A DNA stretch of 64,000 bases from Eledone cirrhosa (Eukaryota): assembly GCA_964016885.1 (NCBI GenBank), contig OZ024742.1, positions 87,048,001-87,112,000 on the forward strand, written 5' to 3'. Positions 47,135 to 59,719 of the stretch are shown piece after piece. Made by a program: the position numbers and the translations under genes. The notes below the pieces were generated by a model. The model made no database searches. It had not been told where the DNA came from and saw only the letters and a program-made list of their open reading frames with translations. Position 1 is the first letter of the stretch. The number at the start of each line of letters is the position of its first letter.

Positions 47135-47713
47135 TGTAATGTTACCTTTTTTACACCACCGTTTGCAAATTTCTGTTTTATATGTTTATACACAAGATAT
47201 GGCTTTCTATAATAATAGTACTAAACACTGTTTTCTGGACCCCTTTAGAAATAACCTGCTACTATAATAGCCCCAATAACTTGTCTGTAACTCTGTACCA
47301 CTTTGACCCCTTTAACTAAATGTTGTCCAAACAACACCACTAGAAGAATTTACTTCCCCCGCCAACCCTAACACACCTCATTAAGATAACTGCTGCCAAA
47401 ACATTCTCTCCTTACAATCTCTACTAGTCTGAGAGTCTTAAATCCTAGGATTCCCTCCCCCTTACTCACTTCCCTCTTCCCCTTCTCTCCCTACCTCCTT
47501 CTTTCTCTTTTATCTAGTGTATAAAATATTTTCATATCATTCTAATACAAAGGTCTGACGACATGGTGAGTTTGCTTGCAGTGTACCTTCGGTTTATGAT
47601 AATATGTTTATATTATTCAAATAGCGAGGTATAGGTAACCCATACACTATAGAAACAATTGTTACCTAATAAATTCTTTATACCCGCATTTCCGTTTCAT
47701 AAACTTCTTCTCC
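47135..47713 (+). mobile_element. Solo Penelope-like 3' end/pLTR between (TA)n tracts
   Basis: C/T-rich UTR-like body, hammerhead fold, AATAAA at 47668, then (TA)n. Confidence 0.65.
47551..47667 (+). ncRNA. Type-I hammerhead ribozyme fold with long stem II and palindromic stem III
   Basis: AGGT-CTGACGA-(90 nt)-GAAAC-AATT-GTT^ACCT. Stem I is AGGT/ACCT. ACAATTGT is self-complementary. Confidence 0.6.
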
Positions 47714-47800
<87 letters not shown>

Positions 47801-47867
47801 CATATATATATATATATATATCATAAAATATGTCTATAGAATCACAAGATAAAATATATACTATTTC

Positions 47868-48362
47868 CTCTCCCACTTAGCATAATTAACTATATAAAAA
47901 TAGAATAGACCAGGCTATACGAATGAGGCTTCTATGAAGGAATCTCCGACAAATAACCAAAACTAGCGCTTCGCGTCGGCCGTAGCGGAATATTTATCGA
48001 ATATTTGTTCAGCGTAATCGCCTAGATACAGTCAGCTAAGCAGAATTATGTTTAAAATAAACTAGTAGAAAATAGAATACATTTATATACCTCTACCATG
48101 GTTTCGTCCGTGTTTTGAGTTTTCTAATAATTATGTAATAATTATATAAACTCGAGCGCCGGATTCTTCAGGAAGCTCGCTCATATCTAGACATTAAATT
48201 TTCCAAAACAATCGCGCCAAGAATTAATTTCAAAATGGCTAAAAATCGTGACGTGATCGCGGTCAAGTTGGAAGGGGTATGGTAGTTGCTTACGACTGGT
48301 GGCATTTTTGCAAGAAAGCACAGCACAATACACCCAAATTTGTATCTCAACCTAGTGGGAGA
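47868..48362. mobile_element. Possible MITE-like insert
   Basis: CpG-richer segment bounded by the imperfect inverted 11-mers CTCCCACTTAG and CCTAGTGGGAG. Confidence 0.25.
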
Positions 48363-48410
48363 TTATTACATATAAAAGTTTACATATATATATACATACA
48401 CATACATATA

Positions 48411-48960
<550 letters not shown>

Positions 48961-48972
48961 ATATATAAATAT

Positions 48973-49033
<61 letters not shown>

Positions 49034-49061
49034 TATATACACGTATGCATATATATATATA

Positions 49062-50397
49062 TACTCTTTTACTCTTTTACCAGTTTCAGCCATCCGGCTG
49101 AGGCCATGCTAGGGCACCGCCCTTGTTGCTACACATTTTATCTCCAGTCTGTATAGGTTGGCCACTGGTGTAAGAGGGAGTTTGTTGCTGCTGCCCTTAG
49201 GTTTCCCTCGTGTCTTGCTGTTGGCTAATCCGGGATCCTGGATAACAAGGTGTCCAGATGTTTCTTGAAGTCATCCGCCTCCACGTCATGCACATCTCTC
49301 AGTTCCCTCGGCAGCCTGTTGAATAGTTGAGGGCCCTTGAATCCCAGGTTATTGCAATAATTGCTCCTTATTCTAGATGTGGAAGATGGGACCTTTGGCA
49401 CCACACAGTGACGACCTGTTCGACGGTTGGTCCAGCTCCCAAAGCCAAAGTTTGGTGCTAAACCCTCCAGGATTTTCCACATGTAGATCACTGCGTATCT
49501 CTCCCGTATTCGTTCCAAGGAGTATAGGTTCAGTTCCTTTAGCCTTTCCCAATAGCTTGTCTCACTTATCTCGGCAATCCCCTTGGTGTAGCTTCGCTGG
49601 ATTGCCTCAAGCTCTGTGGTTAGTTTGACACTATGGGGTGACCACAACTGGGAGCAGTAGTCCAGGCGGCTTAGGACAAATGTTCTGCATAGTGTCTACA
49701 TAGTGTCTCGATCTCTTGTCCGGAATGTCCTCAAGATCCGGCCAGCGAGTCGTCTGCACATTGTCGCCACTTTCATGATGTGTGAAGAAAAAGATGCATC
49801 ATCGCTCATGTCTTTGCCCAGGTCTCGTATCAATTTTGACACGGGGTTATCGGTTCCTCCTGGTCATGTGTAGTTGTGTTCCACTATATTTGTGTTTGCA
49901 GGTTTGTTTGGAGGTCTGTATTGTAGGGCTTGGAATTTGCCAGCATTAAACTTCATGTTGTTTTCTTCCGCCCATTTGTATATGGCATCCAGATCCTGCT
50001 GTAAAAGGGCAGATATCAGCCGGGTTTTTGATTGCCTGTGCTACCTTAGCCTCATCAGCATAGCTAGTGAGGGATGTTGTTGTATGTACTACAGAGGGCA
50101 TGTCTGAGAGAGCCACCAAAATCAGTAGTGATCCCAGGACTGTCCCCTGGGGCACCCCACTTGTTATTGGTGTTTCCTTTGAGAGGGCCCCATTTGTTGC
50201 GACTGCCTGGCTTCTGTCCCTTAGGAAGCCATGCAGCCACTAAGCTATTTTTCCAGTTATGCCGAGTCCGTGTAGATTGTGACATATCATTCCGTGGTCG
50301 ACCTTGTCAAAGGCCTTCGCAAATTCAAGATATATCACGCCCACATGTGAGCTGTCTAGTAGTTGTCTCAGTACCCAGTCGTAGTGATGTAGCAGCT
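49062..50397 (-). pseudogene. 5'-truncated CR1-like LINE (RT + C-terminus + (GTAAAAGA)n tail)
   Basis: IYLEFAKAFDKVDH, PQGTVLG, YADEAK and SYWERLKELNLYSLER. Tail TACTCTTTTACTCTTTTAC at 49062-49081. Frameshifted. Confidence 0.9.
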
Positions 50398-50806
50398 GTG
50401 TAGATTTATCTACACACACATAAATATATATTTCTCCGAACTTTACACACCTTCCCACACTTTGTCTTTCCTTCCCCGCATTACCTCTGTTTGATTTTGT
50501 TACCGTACCCCTTTTTTTTCCGTATATGATTCTTTGCCTGTGTCCTACAATTGTATTCCATGATTTTTTGTTCACGATCGCCTGTGTCATTACCTTTATG
50601 ATATTTCTATGAATTTTTGTTCACGATCGCCTGTGTTATTACCTTTATGATTTTTTGTCTTTAATTTTCCTGTGTTTACTCCCCCCCTCCCTACGTTTTT
50701 CTGGTTCCTTTTCCCATCTCCGTCTCTGCCTATCCTTCGCACTCACCCCTTCGTTCACTCCACCCCGCCCTCTCTTCCCCCCCCCTGCTTTCACCCAACG
50801 CCTATC

Positions 50807-53566
50807 ATGGCCAACCTGAGATCCTTTCTCCACCAACTCCACAATCGCCTCAAACTTTTCCTCACCCCCCTCCTTCCACCCTGCTATCTCCCCTCCGCCC
50901 TTCAACTCTCCTACCTTCTCTTCGCCAAAACCCGGCACTCCAGCCACATCCATTTCCTCAGCCACTGCCTCCGCCTCCACCTTATCCCCCTTGGCTTTCG
51001 TCTACACTTCCACCCCTCCCCCGCTGCCTCCCCCTCCGCGCAACGTATCCTCACCCGATCCTCACGCCTTCTGATGCGCAACTCCATCCGCGCCTCCCGT
51101 TCCACCCTCCGCCTACTTGACCACCAACTGACCCCCACCCTCCTCCGCCTTTACTCCACCTGCCACCCCCTCCTCTCCTTCATCCACAACCTCAACCACA
51201 ACCTCTTCTCGTTCCTCAGCTCCACCAAAGCCCGCAAGCTACACTCACTCCTCCCCCCCCCATCCACCATATACGCCCACCACTCCCCACCTCTCCCCCG
51301 ACCGCCACCCCCGCCCAATCTCCACCCCTCACCACACCCTCCGTTCCCTCGCCTAACACCCAAACCCCACCCCTTGTTGTCACCATACCCCCTGACCTCC
51401 CCCTCTCCGCACCTGAGCGCTCACTCCTTAGTAGAGGCCTTCGCCTCATACCCCACACTCCGCTCAGCGACGAGTTCCGCACCCGAACGGAAGTCGAGCG
51501 ATTCGTGCGACGCACTAAGCTACAGGCACATTTCGGTCAAACGCCACCGGCTCCGGACGCCCCAGACCCGTTTCTCGCCCTGGGCCGACGACCATCTTCT
51601 TGGACGCCGGCCCCAGGGCAATTTAGCACCCTGGACGCCTTCGTCGATGCCAGCCGTAGCGCAGTAAATCGTTTCGACTTCCGCCACCGTTCCAAACGGC
51701 ACAACATCTCACGGGGCGAACTTCTCGCTCTCCGCTCCCTCCGTAGCCGAGATGACATCGTCATCAAACCGGCGGACAAGGGAGGCGCCGTGGTGGTATG
51801 GCGCGCGGACCTCTACAAGGCCGAAGCCGTCAGGCAGCTCTGTAACCCCCTCTTTTACCGCCCTCTACCCTCCGATCCCACCCCCCTCTACCAACAACAA
51901 GTCTCCTCCACCATCAAAGACCTTATCGCCTCCTCCCTCCTCCCCCCCCACCACTTCCCACCTCATCGTCCGCACACCCCGCACCCCCACCATCTACTTC
52001 CTCCCCAAACTCCACAAACCCGACAACCTCGGCCGTCCCATCGTCTCCGCTTGCAACTGCCCCACCGAACTAATCTCCGCCTTTCTCGACTCCCTCCTCG
52101 CCCCCCTTGTCACCACCCTCCCCTCCCACATCTCTGACACCAACCACGCCCTGCGCCTTTTCGACTCCTTCACCTACCTACCCGGCCCTCAGCCATTCCT
52201 CTTCACCCTAGACATCAAGTCCCTCTATACCGTCATTCCCCACGCCGACGGCCTTCGCGCCCTCAAACACTACCTCGACCTTCGCCCCTCCCCCATTCCC
52301 TCCACCCCCACCCTCCTTCGCCTCGCCGAGCTGGTCCTCACCCTAAATTGTTTCTCCTTCTCGGGTGAGTTTTACCAACAGGTCACGGGGGTAGCCATGG
52401 GCACAAGAATGGGCCCGAACTATGCCAACCTTTTTGTTGGCCATGTTGAGGCCCAAATCTTTGCCCAGTACACCGGCCCCTCGCCCGAACTGTATGGTCG
52501 TTACATTGACGACTGTATCGGAGCCACGACCCTCACCCGAGTACAGCTCGACTCCTTTCTCTCCTTCTTCTGCTCCTTCCACCCCTCCCTCCACTTCAGC
52601 ACCTCTATCTCCACCACCCACGTCCACTTCTTGGACATCTCCGTCGCCTTCGACCCCTCCCACCACTCCCTCGTCACCTCCGCCTTCTTCAAACCCACCG
52701 ACTCCCACTCTTACCTCGACTTCACCTCTTCCCACCCCACCCACATTAAACTCTCCATTCCCTACTCCCAACTTCTCAGGATCCGCCGCCTCTGTAGCCG
52801 AGATGCTGACTTCGAGTCCCAAGCCCTTTCCCTAGTCAGCCATTTCATCCGCAGAGGTTACCCCCCCCTCTCTCGTCCACACCGCTCTCACCCGCGCCCG
52901 TGCTATCCCCCGCTCTACCACCCTCACCCCACGCCACCGCACACCCACCCACCGTCTCCCCTTCCCCATCACCTACCACCCCTCCACCGCACCATCCGCC
53001 GCCTCTTCCGACACCTCCAGTCCGACCCCTCCACCTCCCACATCTTCCCAACCCCACCACTCGCCTCCTTCAAACGCGCACGCAATCTCCGCACCCTCCT
53101 CGTCCACAGCTCCCTAACCCCCAACCCACGCTCCGTTCCCCCCCCCCCCGGTTCCTTCCCCTGTTCTAGGCCCCGCTGCAACACCTGTCCCCACATCACC
53201 AACACCACCACCTTCCAGGGTCCCAACGGCCACCCTCTCTCGGTCCGGCATGCCTTCCGCTGCACCTCCTCCAACCTAGTCTACGGACTTCGTTGCACGA
53301 GGTGCAGCGCGACTTATGTCGGACAGACGGGACGCCGCCTGGCGGACCGAGTCACAGAGCACCTCCGGGACATTCGTCTCGGGGGCAGTTCCCCCATCGC
53401 CCGCCACTTTGGTGGCCCTGGACACTCCGCACACCATCTCACAGTCTGTGGCCTACTCCAGTGCCACGGAACACCCGCCCATCGCCTCACGGTCGAACAA
53501 CGTACTATCTTCCTCTTACAGACCCACACTCCCCCCGGCCTGAACTCCCCACCCTTATTCCTTTAG
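50807..53566 (+). CDS. Penelope RT-GIY-YIG polyprotein (~920 aa), split by frameshifts mostly at poly-C runs
   Basis: LSAPERSLLSRGL, IKPADKGGAVVV, LPKLHKP..GRPIVS, LDIKSLYT, QVTGVAMG, RYIDD, FLDI, Cys linker CSRPRCNTCPH, LVYGLRCTRCSATYVGQTGR..R..EH and PPGLN. Frame changes at ~51250-51370, ~51945, ~52865 and ~52980. Confidence 0.88.
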
Positions 53567-54894
53567 CGTTCGACCGCCCCCCCCACTTATCCCCCACTAA
53601 CACCACTAACACACTCCTCCTTTTCACCGCCCACCCCACACTAACAATACTAACACCTCCACTCCACCCCTCATCTAACCACCCTTCCCCAACTAACATA
53701 CTAACATCCCTTCCCTCCCCTCTTCTCCTCCTCCCCCCTCCTTATCACACGCACACACTCACACCACCCACCCCACACGCAACTAACATCACTAACACCC
53801 TCCAACCCCACGCACACGTACCCACACACCCTCGTACACCACCAACTCTACACACCCTACCCCCACTAACCCCCACTCACACCTGCATTCCACCCCTCCC
53901 CACCTCCCGTCTACTAACACCCACTAACACCTCCTCACCAAACTACACACACACCAGTACACCACACTCCCTCCATAGAACCACACACACACTTCTCTCC
54001 CCACTCCACACTCACTCATCCCACTAACACCCCTACTAATACACACACACACACACACACCCTCCTCACTCCAACTCTCACACCTACCCATCCTCGCCTC
54101 CCTACCATTCCGCTGACTGCTGCTATGCCCTTCCGACCACTGTCTCAGCACCAACTGACCACAGCACTTCCACTGCTGACCACTTCCTGTTGCGCGCGCA
54201 CCCCACATCTCTCCTCTTCCGACCACCGCTTCTTGGATTACTCACACGCGTTTTGACTTCCAACCAAAATCTCCATACATCCGTGTAACTTACCACTTTC
54301 AACCATCCTCTAACACCATCACCTATATAACTCACCAACACACACATCCCAAAACAAATTTTTTTTATCCACACGCCGCCCACACCCACAACACGCTTAA
54401 ACCACCACACACACGTGCTTCCCACCACATATTTACACCCTCAGCCCCCTGATTCCTCTCCCCCACCCCCTATCCACACACGCACAGACCCTCCGACACA
54501 CAAAAACACCCCCCACACACACCTTCCTGAACATGCAACCCAGTTCTTCCCCCAACCCTCACTTTCACATACACACACACACACACACACGCACACCTAA
54601 CCACACACACCACCTTCAGCCCTCCCCGCTCGGACACCCCGTCTCCCTCTCCCCACTCCACCCGCCTCCACCTCTACTCACCCCACACCCTTCCACCACC
54701 TGTTTACCCCCCTTTTAATTTCAATTTATTTTGATCATGCCTTTATTTTTAAATGTTCTCATTCCTTGTATTTTGATCATGCTTTATTTTTATTTATTAT
54801 TTATTATATTTTTGTCTTTATTTGTTAATTTTTCATTCGCACCGTTTCCTTTCGCTATATGTCTCTCCACCACTCCCCTACACACCTTTTGAAC

Positions 54895-54932
54895 TCTTAC
54901 CTGAAGAAGGGCTTATGCCCGAAACGTCGTCC
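54895..54932 (+). ncRNA. Minimal Penelope-type hammerhead ribozyme
   Basis: CTGAAGA-AGGGCTTATGCCC-GAAACGTC with palindromic ACGT stem III. Stem I is only ~2 bp. Confidence 0.7.
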
Positions 54933-55015
54933 TCCACCTACCCCCCACTCTCCTGAGCGTGAATCTAATAAACATTTGTCGTACTGCCTCTCTGTTCTGT
55001 CCCTGTTCAATTTTT

Positions 55016-55065
<50 letters not shown>

Positions 55066-55067
55066 AT

Positions 55068-55525
55068 AAGAATTAAAACACTAGAGTGCGTACGAGTAAA
55101 ACACACTCGTCATATTATAGAAATGACACTATCGGAAATAGCTCAATGTAATACAACAGAGACGTAAAATTATAAAAATAGACAAAGAAGCCTTCAATAC
55201 ATCAAACATCTTGATTAGCCTCCACTGTTTCGTCCCATTAATAAGGACTCATCGGGGCAATTAAACAGATAAGAAGCATTAACGGCCACAACAAGCCAAA
55301 ACTCAGAAGAATATGGAATTCATATCTAGGAAACCTTATGAAAGATATGAAGGAAAAGCATGCTAAAGCTAAAAGTGTGCAGTTACAAGAATAGATTATA
55401 TGTCAAGGAAGTGTCAAACCCACGTTGAAATTACAGTGTAATACAAAAACATTAAATACAATATGGTAATATAATATGATAATTACAATACAATATAATG
55501 GGTAATAAAGCTTAATATATGTATA

Positions 55526-55567
<42 letters not shown>

Positions 55568-56508
55568 TTCAGCGAGGTTTTTTATATGAAATCGTGTGTC
55601 GAAACAGATATTGTTATACTTGGGGAGGGTCATATTTGCGTAATATTGCCAGAATTAATAACAGACTCACTGTTTGGTTGGTTTTCGCTTCTCGGTGTCT
55701 TTTATATCTGCGATCTAACTTACTCGGTCCACAATGTTGCCATTGACTGACCGACGGTCAAACATAATACAGATACAATATAGACACAAACACATATATA
55801 TAGTTTACATAATTTACATAAATCTTTCGTTGCACATCTGCAACATCGTCAGTGGTGTTATATTCTTTGTTCCTCCTGTTGTGTTGTATGTCTACGCCAT
55901 TTTTTATTCAGTCTGTCTATATATTTATTTATTTATTTGCTTGTTTGTTTATCTTATTTTATTTTGACTTCTTTGCGCATGCGTTTGCGTGTGTGTGTAG
56001 TGTTATGTGTGCTGTGTGACTAGTGTGTATAGTGTTGTGTCTGCTGGGTGGCTAGTGTGTGTTTATGTGCTTGTTGTTATTGTGCTTGTGTATGTATTTA
56101 TTTATCTTATTTTATTTTATTTTATTTACTTATTTATACTTCTCTTAGGTCAGTGTTGTTTGTTTGGGTGTTGTTGTTGTTCCACTCATTCTTTCTGTTT
56201 AGCTTTGGTCTTCTAATTTCTATTTCACTGGCCTCTCTGATTTGCCTATCTGCTGGGTCATTCCTATGTTTAGATATTATTCTAATTTCTATGGTGTCTA
56301 TGTTACCGTCATGTTGTTGTCTATATTGTTTGTGTCTATATTGTATCTGTATAATTTTTGACCGTCGGTCAGTCAATGGCAACATTGAGGACCGAGTAAG
56401 TTAGATCGCAGATATAAAAGACAGCGAGAAACGAAAACCAACCAAACAGTGAGTGTGTTCTGTTATTAATTCTGGCAATATTACGCATATATGACCCTCC
56501 CCAAGTAT

Positions 56509-56550
<42 letters not shown>

Positions 56551-58150
56551 TTACACAAACACATACAAACACTTAATAAGTATAAATATACTCTTTATAA
56601 TATAAAATAAAAATAAAAATAAAAATAAAAATAAAAATAAAAACTGTCTGACGGTGCGCATACACTAAACAGAAAATAAACTATACAAAAAATAATCTAT
56701 AGAAGAAATAATATAATAAATATAATAATATAATAAAATAATATACAGACATCAAAAATATACAAAACTACGTCATACATATCACTTAATGTCAACAAGT
56801 TGTATATATAGTTTTACAAGATCAAGAAAAAATATCTTAATAAGACTGGAGTATGTAGAAGAATATATATACATAAAATACATAAAGTATTGATAATAAG
56901 TATATAGATTACATTTCTAAAATATTACAAAATATTATAAAATATAACAAAACAGTACCTTAAAAATCAGACATAAAATAATACTTATAATTCCATTACC
57001 TAGAAATAATATGGTATATAAATATTAATATTATAATGATAAATGATATAATAATATGAAAATATAAAAGCAGACTGGCAGATTCAATTGAAAATGTTTA
57101 AGAGATATTTGCGCGAATAATATATTATATTAATATAGGAAGGCACGTTATTATGCAAAGCATATTACAGGAAGACAAAGCAGCAAGTGGTAGTGAAGAA
57201 GTAATGATGATGATGATAGGAAGACAGACATCGCGTGGAAGTAAAAAAATAAATTAAATAAAACGAGGAACAAAAACAAAAAAACAAAAACAAGCACAGT
57301 ACGTAAATATAACGATTCATTATGTACACATAGAAGGTATTATTATTCCAAACTAAAGAGTTGAATAGAAAACCTTATTAAATTAATTAATATTAAAATT
57401 ACCTAAAGGATATTATTAGTAAGTCCAAATGAAATAAAGTTTAATTCATCAAAGTCTTACAATATTAGGATATTTCAATTAAAACTATAATATAATATAT
57501 ATTTTAAGATCCGATTATATGAATTACGTTACCAAAGAAAAAAACTATAAATAAAACTATGGTAGACCAATGGGAACAGAAAGAAGTGAAACTATGGAGT
57601 ATAGGAAGGATCATAAAAAGTAAAAGTTAATATATAATATAATAAAAAGGAGTACAAAAGTAGAATTAATATATAATATAATAAAAAGGGGCGAATATGA
57701 AGTGTGTAAAGGAGGAGGTTCATTAGTTTTAGATGTAGGAGGCTCAAACATTAAACTATTCAATAAGATACAAACTTACTAGGCGATAATATTGAGTACA
57801 AATGTAATAATGTTTTTAGATGATAGATATGGTAAGGTAGTTAATACGACTATGAAAACTAAAATTCGAAAAATAATGGTAATAAAAATGAATTAAAACG
57901 AAAGAGATAGGGAAATATAGCAGCTAATGGATACGGTTTAAACTACCGGAACTTTTAGGTCTATAATAGAAGAAAGAATTAGAAATGGCATGCGGACAGG
58001 AAGAACATATCTCAGATATTCTATTAAGCAATATGCTCCTAGAGAAAATTATCGAATGCGTCTCTAGGATACATTGTAGGCTAATACAGATTTTTGATGT
58101 ATTGAAGGCTTCTTTGTCTATTTTTATAATGTTTATAATTTGTATAATAT
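55068..58150 (-). mobile_element. 5'-truncated Penelope-like element (Naiad-like C-terminus) with inverted 5' pLTR piece, interrupted by family H
   Basis: Minus-strand QCILETHSII..LLNRISEICSSCPH (~57987-58076), AT-rich UTR, then hammerhead CCGATGA-GTCCT..GGGAC-GAAAC (~55226-55254). 58071-58130 is an inverted copy of ~55168-55228. Confidence 0.7.
55563..56515. mobile_element. Family H fold-back element nested in (TA)n
   Basis: ~185-bp inverted arms at ~55608-55792 and ~56327-56515. Confidence 0.8.
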
Positions 58151-58151
58151 G

Positions 58152-58198
<47 letters not shown>

Positions 58199-58368
58199 GT
58201 ATATGTATGTATATGTATGTATATATGTGTGTATTTGTATAGTTATGTGTGTGTTTGTATATATATATTTAAGAGTTAGACAAGGTTCAATGAATACATC
58301 TAAGAATGAGTTTTACACACATACACGTGTGGTGTGTATGTATTTATATGTATGTGTGTATATGTATG

Positions 58369-58439
<71 letters not shown>

Positions 58440-58662
58440 GTATGTATATGTGTATGTTTGTGTATGTGTATGCGTAATTGTATATGTATATGTATGTGTG
58501 TGTATATATGTATGATTTTATGTGTATATATATGTATACATGCGTGTGTGTGTGTGTTTGTGTATTTGTGGGTGTGTGTATGTATGGATATGTGGATATA
58601 TATGTGTGTATGCATGTGTATGTATATGTATGTGTATTTGTATGCGTATGTATATGTGTGTG

Positions 58663-58721
<59 letters not shown>

Positions 58722-58790
58722 ATATGTGTATGTATATATGTTTGTATGTATGTGTGTGTGTGTGTGTGTGCGTGTGCATGTGTGTTTATG
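58140..58790. repeat. Degenerate (TA)n/(TG)n/(TATG)n microsatellite field
   Basis: Direct reading. Confidence 0.9.
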
Positions 58791-58984
58791 TTTCCTTTCC
58801 TTCTTCCTTTTCCAGCCTCACTCTCATATAGATTATAATTTTAAAATCAATGTCAATAAATACACCAGGATTTTTTTCATTCTGATGATTGAAAGCACAT
58901 TTTGTTTGCTTTCAAGAAACCAGTGGTATATGAAATAATTACCTTATTGTGTGTATTACACAACTATATATATATATATATATA

Positions 58985-59707
58985 TAGGAACCAGTAAGAC
59001 CCCGACGGCTGAGCTCAAGCCGTTTCGACGGCTAATTCTGGACTAAATGAAAATTGATCCTGGTATTTAAATAGCAGAGCTTCTCAATGGGTAATTCCAT
59101 ATATGGTGTAAGTGATTGTCAAAAGGTAGTAGTAATTCTGTGATTGTAAATTAGTAGGGGAGATGGTGGCTAAACCTGCCAGTAGGAGAAAAAGGGGAGG
59201 GGGTGGAGTAGACCCAATCATGCGTTGGTAGTGCCAGCTACCGCTGGGCATGAGGTCAAAGAAGATACTTTTCTTTCATATATATATTTTTTACCCTCCA
59301 TTGTTCTACCTACGCTTTCGACTTCCTCCCCCTCCCCCTACCCTGTATCTTCTTTGACCTCATGCCCAGCTGTAGCTGGCACTACCAACGCATGATTGGG
59401 TCTACTCCGTCCCCTCCCCCTTTTGTCCTACTTGCATGTTTAGCCACCATCTCCCCTACTAATTTGCAATCACAGAATTACTACTACCTTTTGACAATCA
59501 CTTTGACCATATATGGAAATACCCCTTGAGAAGCTCGGCTATTTAAATACCAGGATAAATTTTCATTTACTCCAGAATTAGCCGTCGAAACGGCTTGAGC
59601 TCAGCCGTCGGGGTCTTACTGGTTCCTATTACCCACTCTACTACCCTACGTATTGAGTACTTGGGTGCGTTATGGTCCACCTGGTTCCTTACCACATTTC
59701 CTTCGTT
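58985..59707 (+). mobile_element. Family G fold-back element in (TA)n
   Basis: ~283-bp inverted arms at 58985-59267 and 59345-59629, ~77-bp spacer, 78-bp unique tail with GTATTGAGTAC. Confidence 0.85.
59521..59614 (+). ncRNA. Type-I hammerhead ribozyme fold with variant U3-A8 core
   Basis: ACCCC-TTGAGAA-GCTCGGCTA..TAGCCGTC-GAAA-CGGCT(TGAGCTC)AGCCG-TC^GGGGT. Confidence 0.7.
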
Positions 59708-59719
59708 ATATATATATAT

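Larger units (their letters stand above)
50430..55019 (+). mobile_element. Near-complete Penelope-like retroelement (Neptune type)
   Basis: RT + GIY-YIG ORF, long C/A-rich 3' UTR, pLTR with hammerhead and AATAAA (54968), ending in (TA)n. No upstream pLTR seen. Confidence 0.93.

Noticed and set aside
50645-54718. Gly/Val/Trp-rich minus-strand ORFs and Pro/Thr/His-rich alternative plus-strand ORFs
   Set aside because: By-products of the extreme C skew of the Penelope element.
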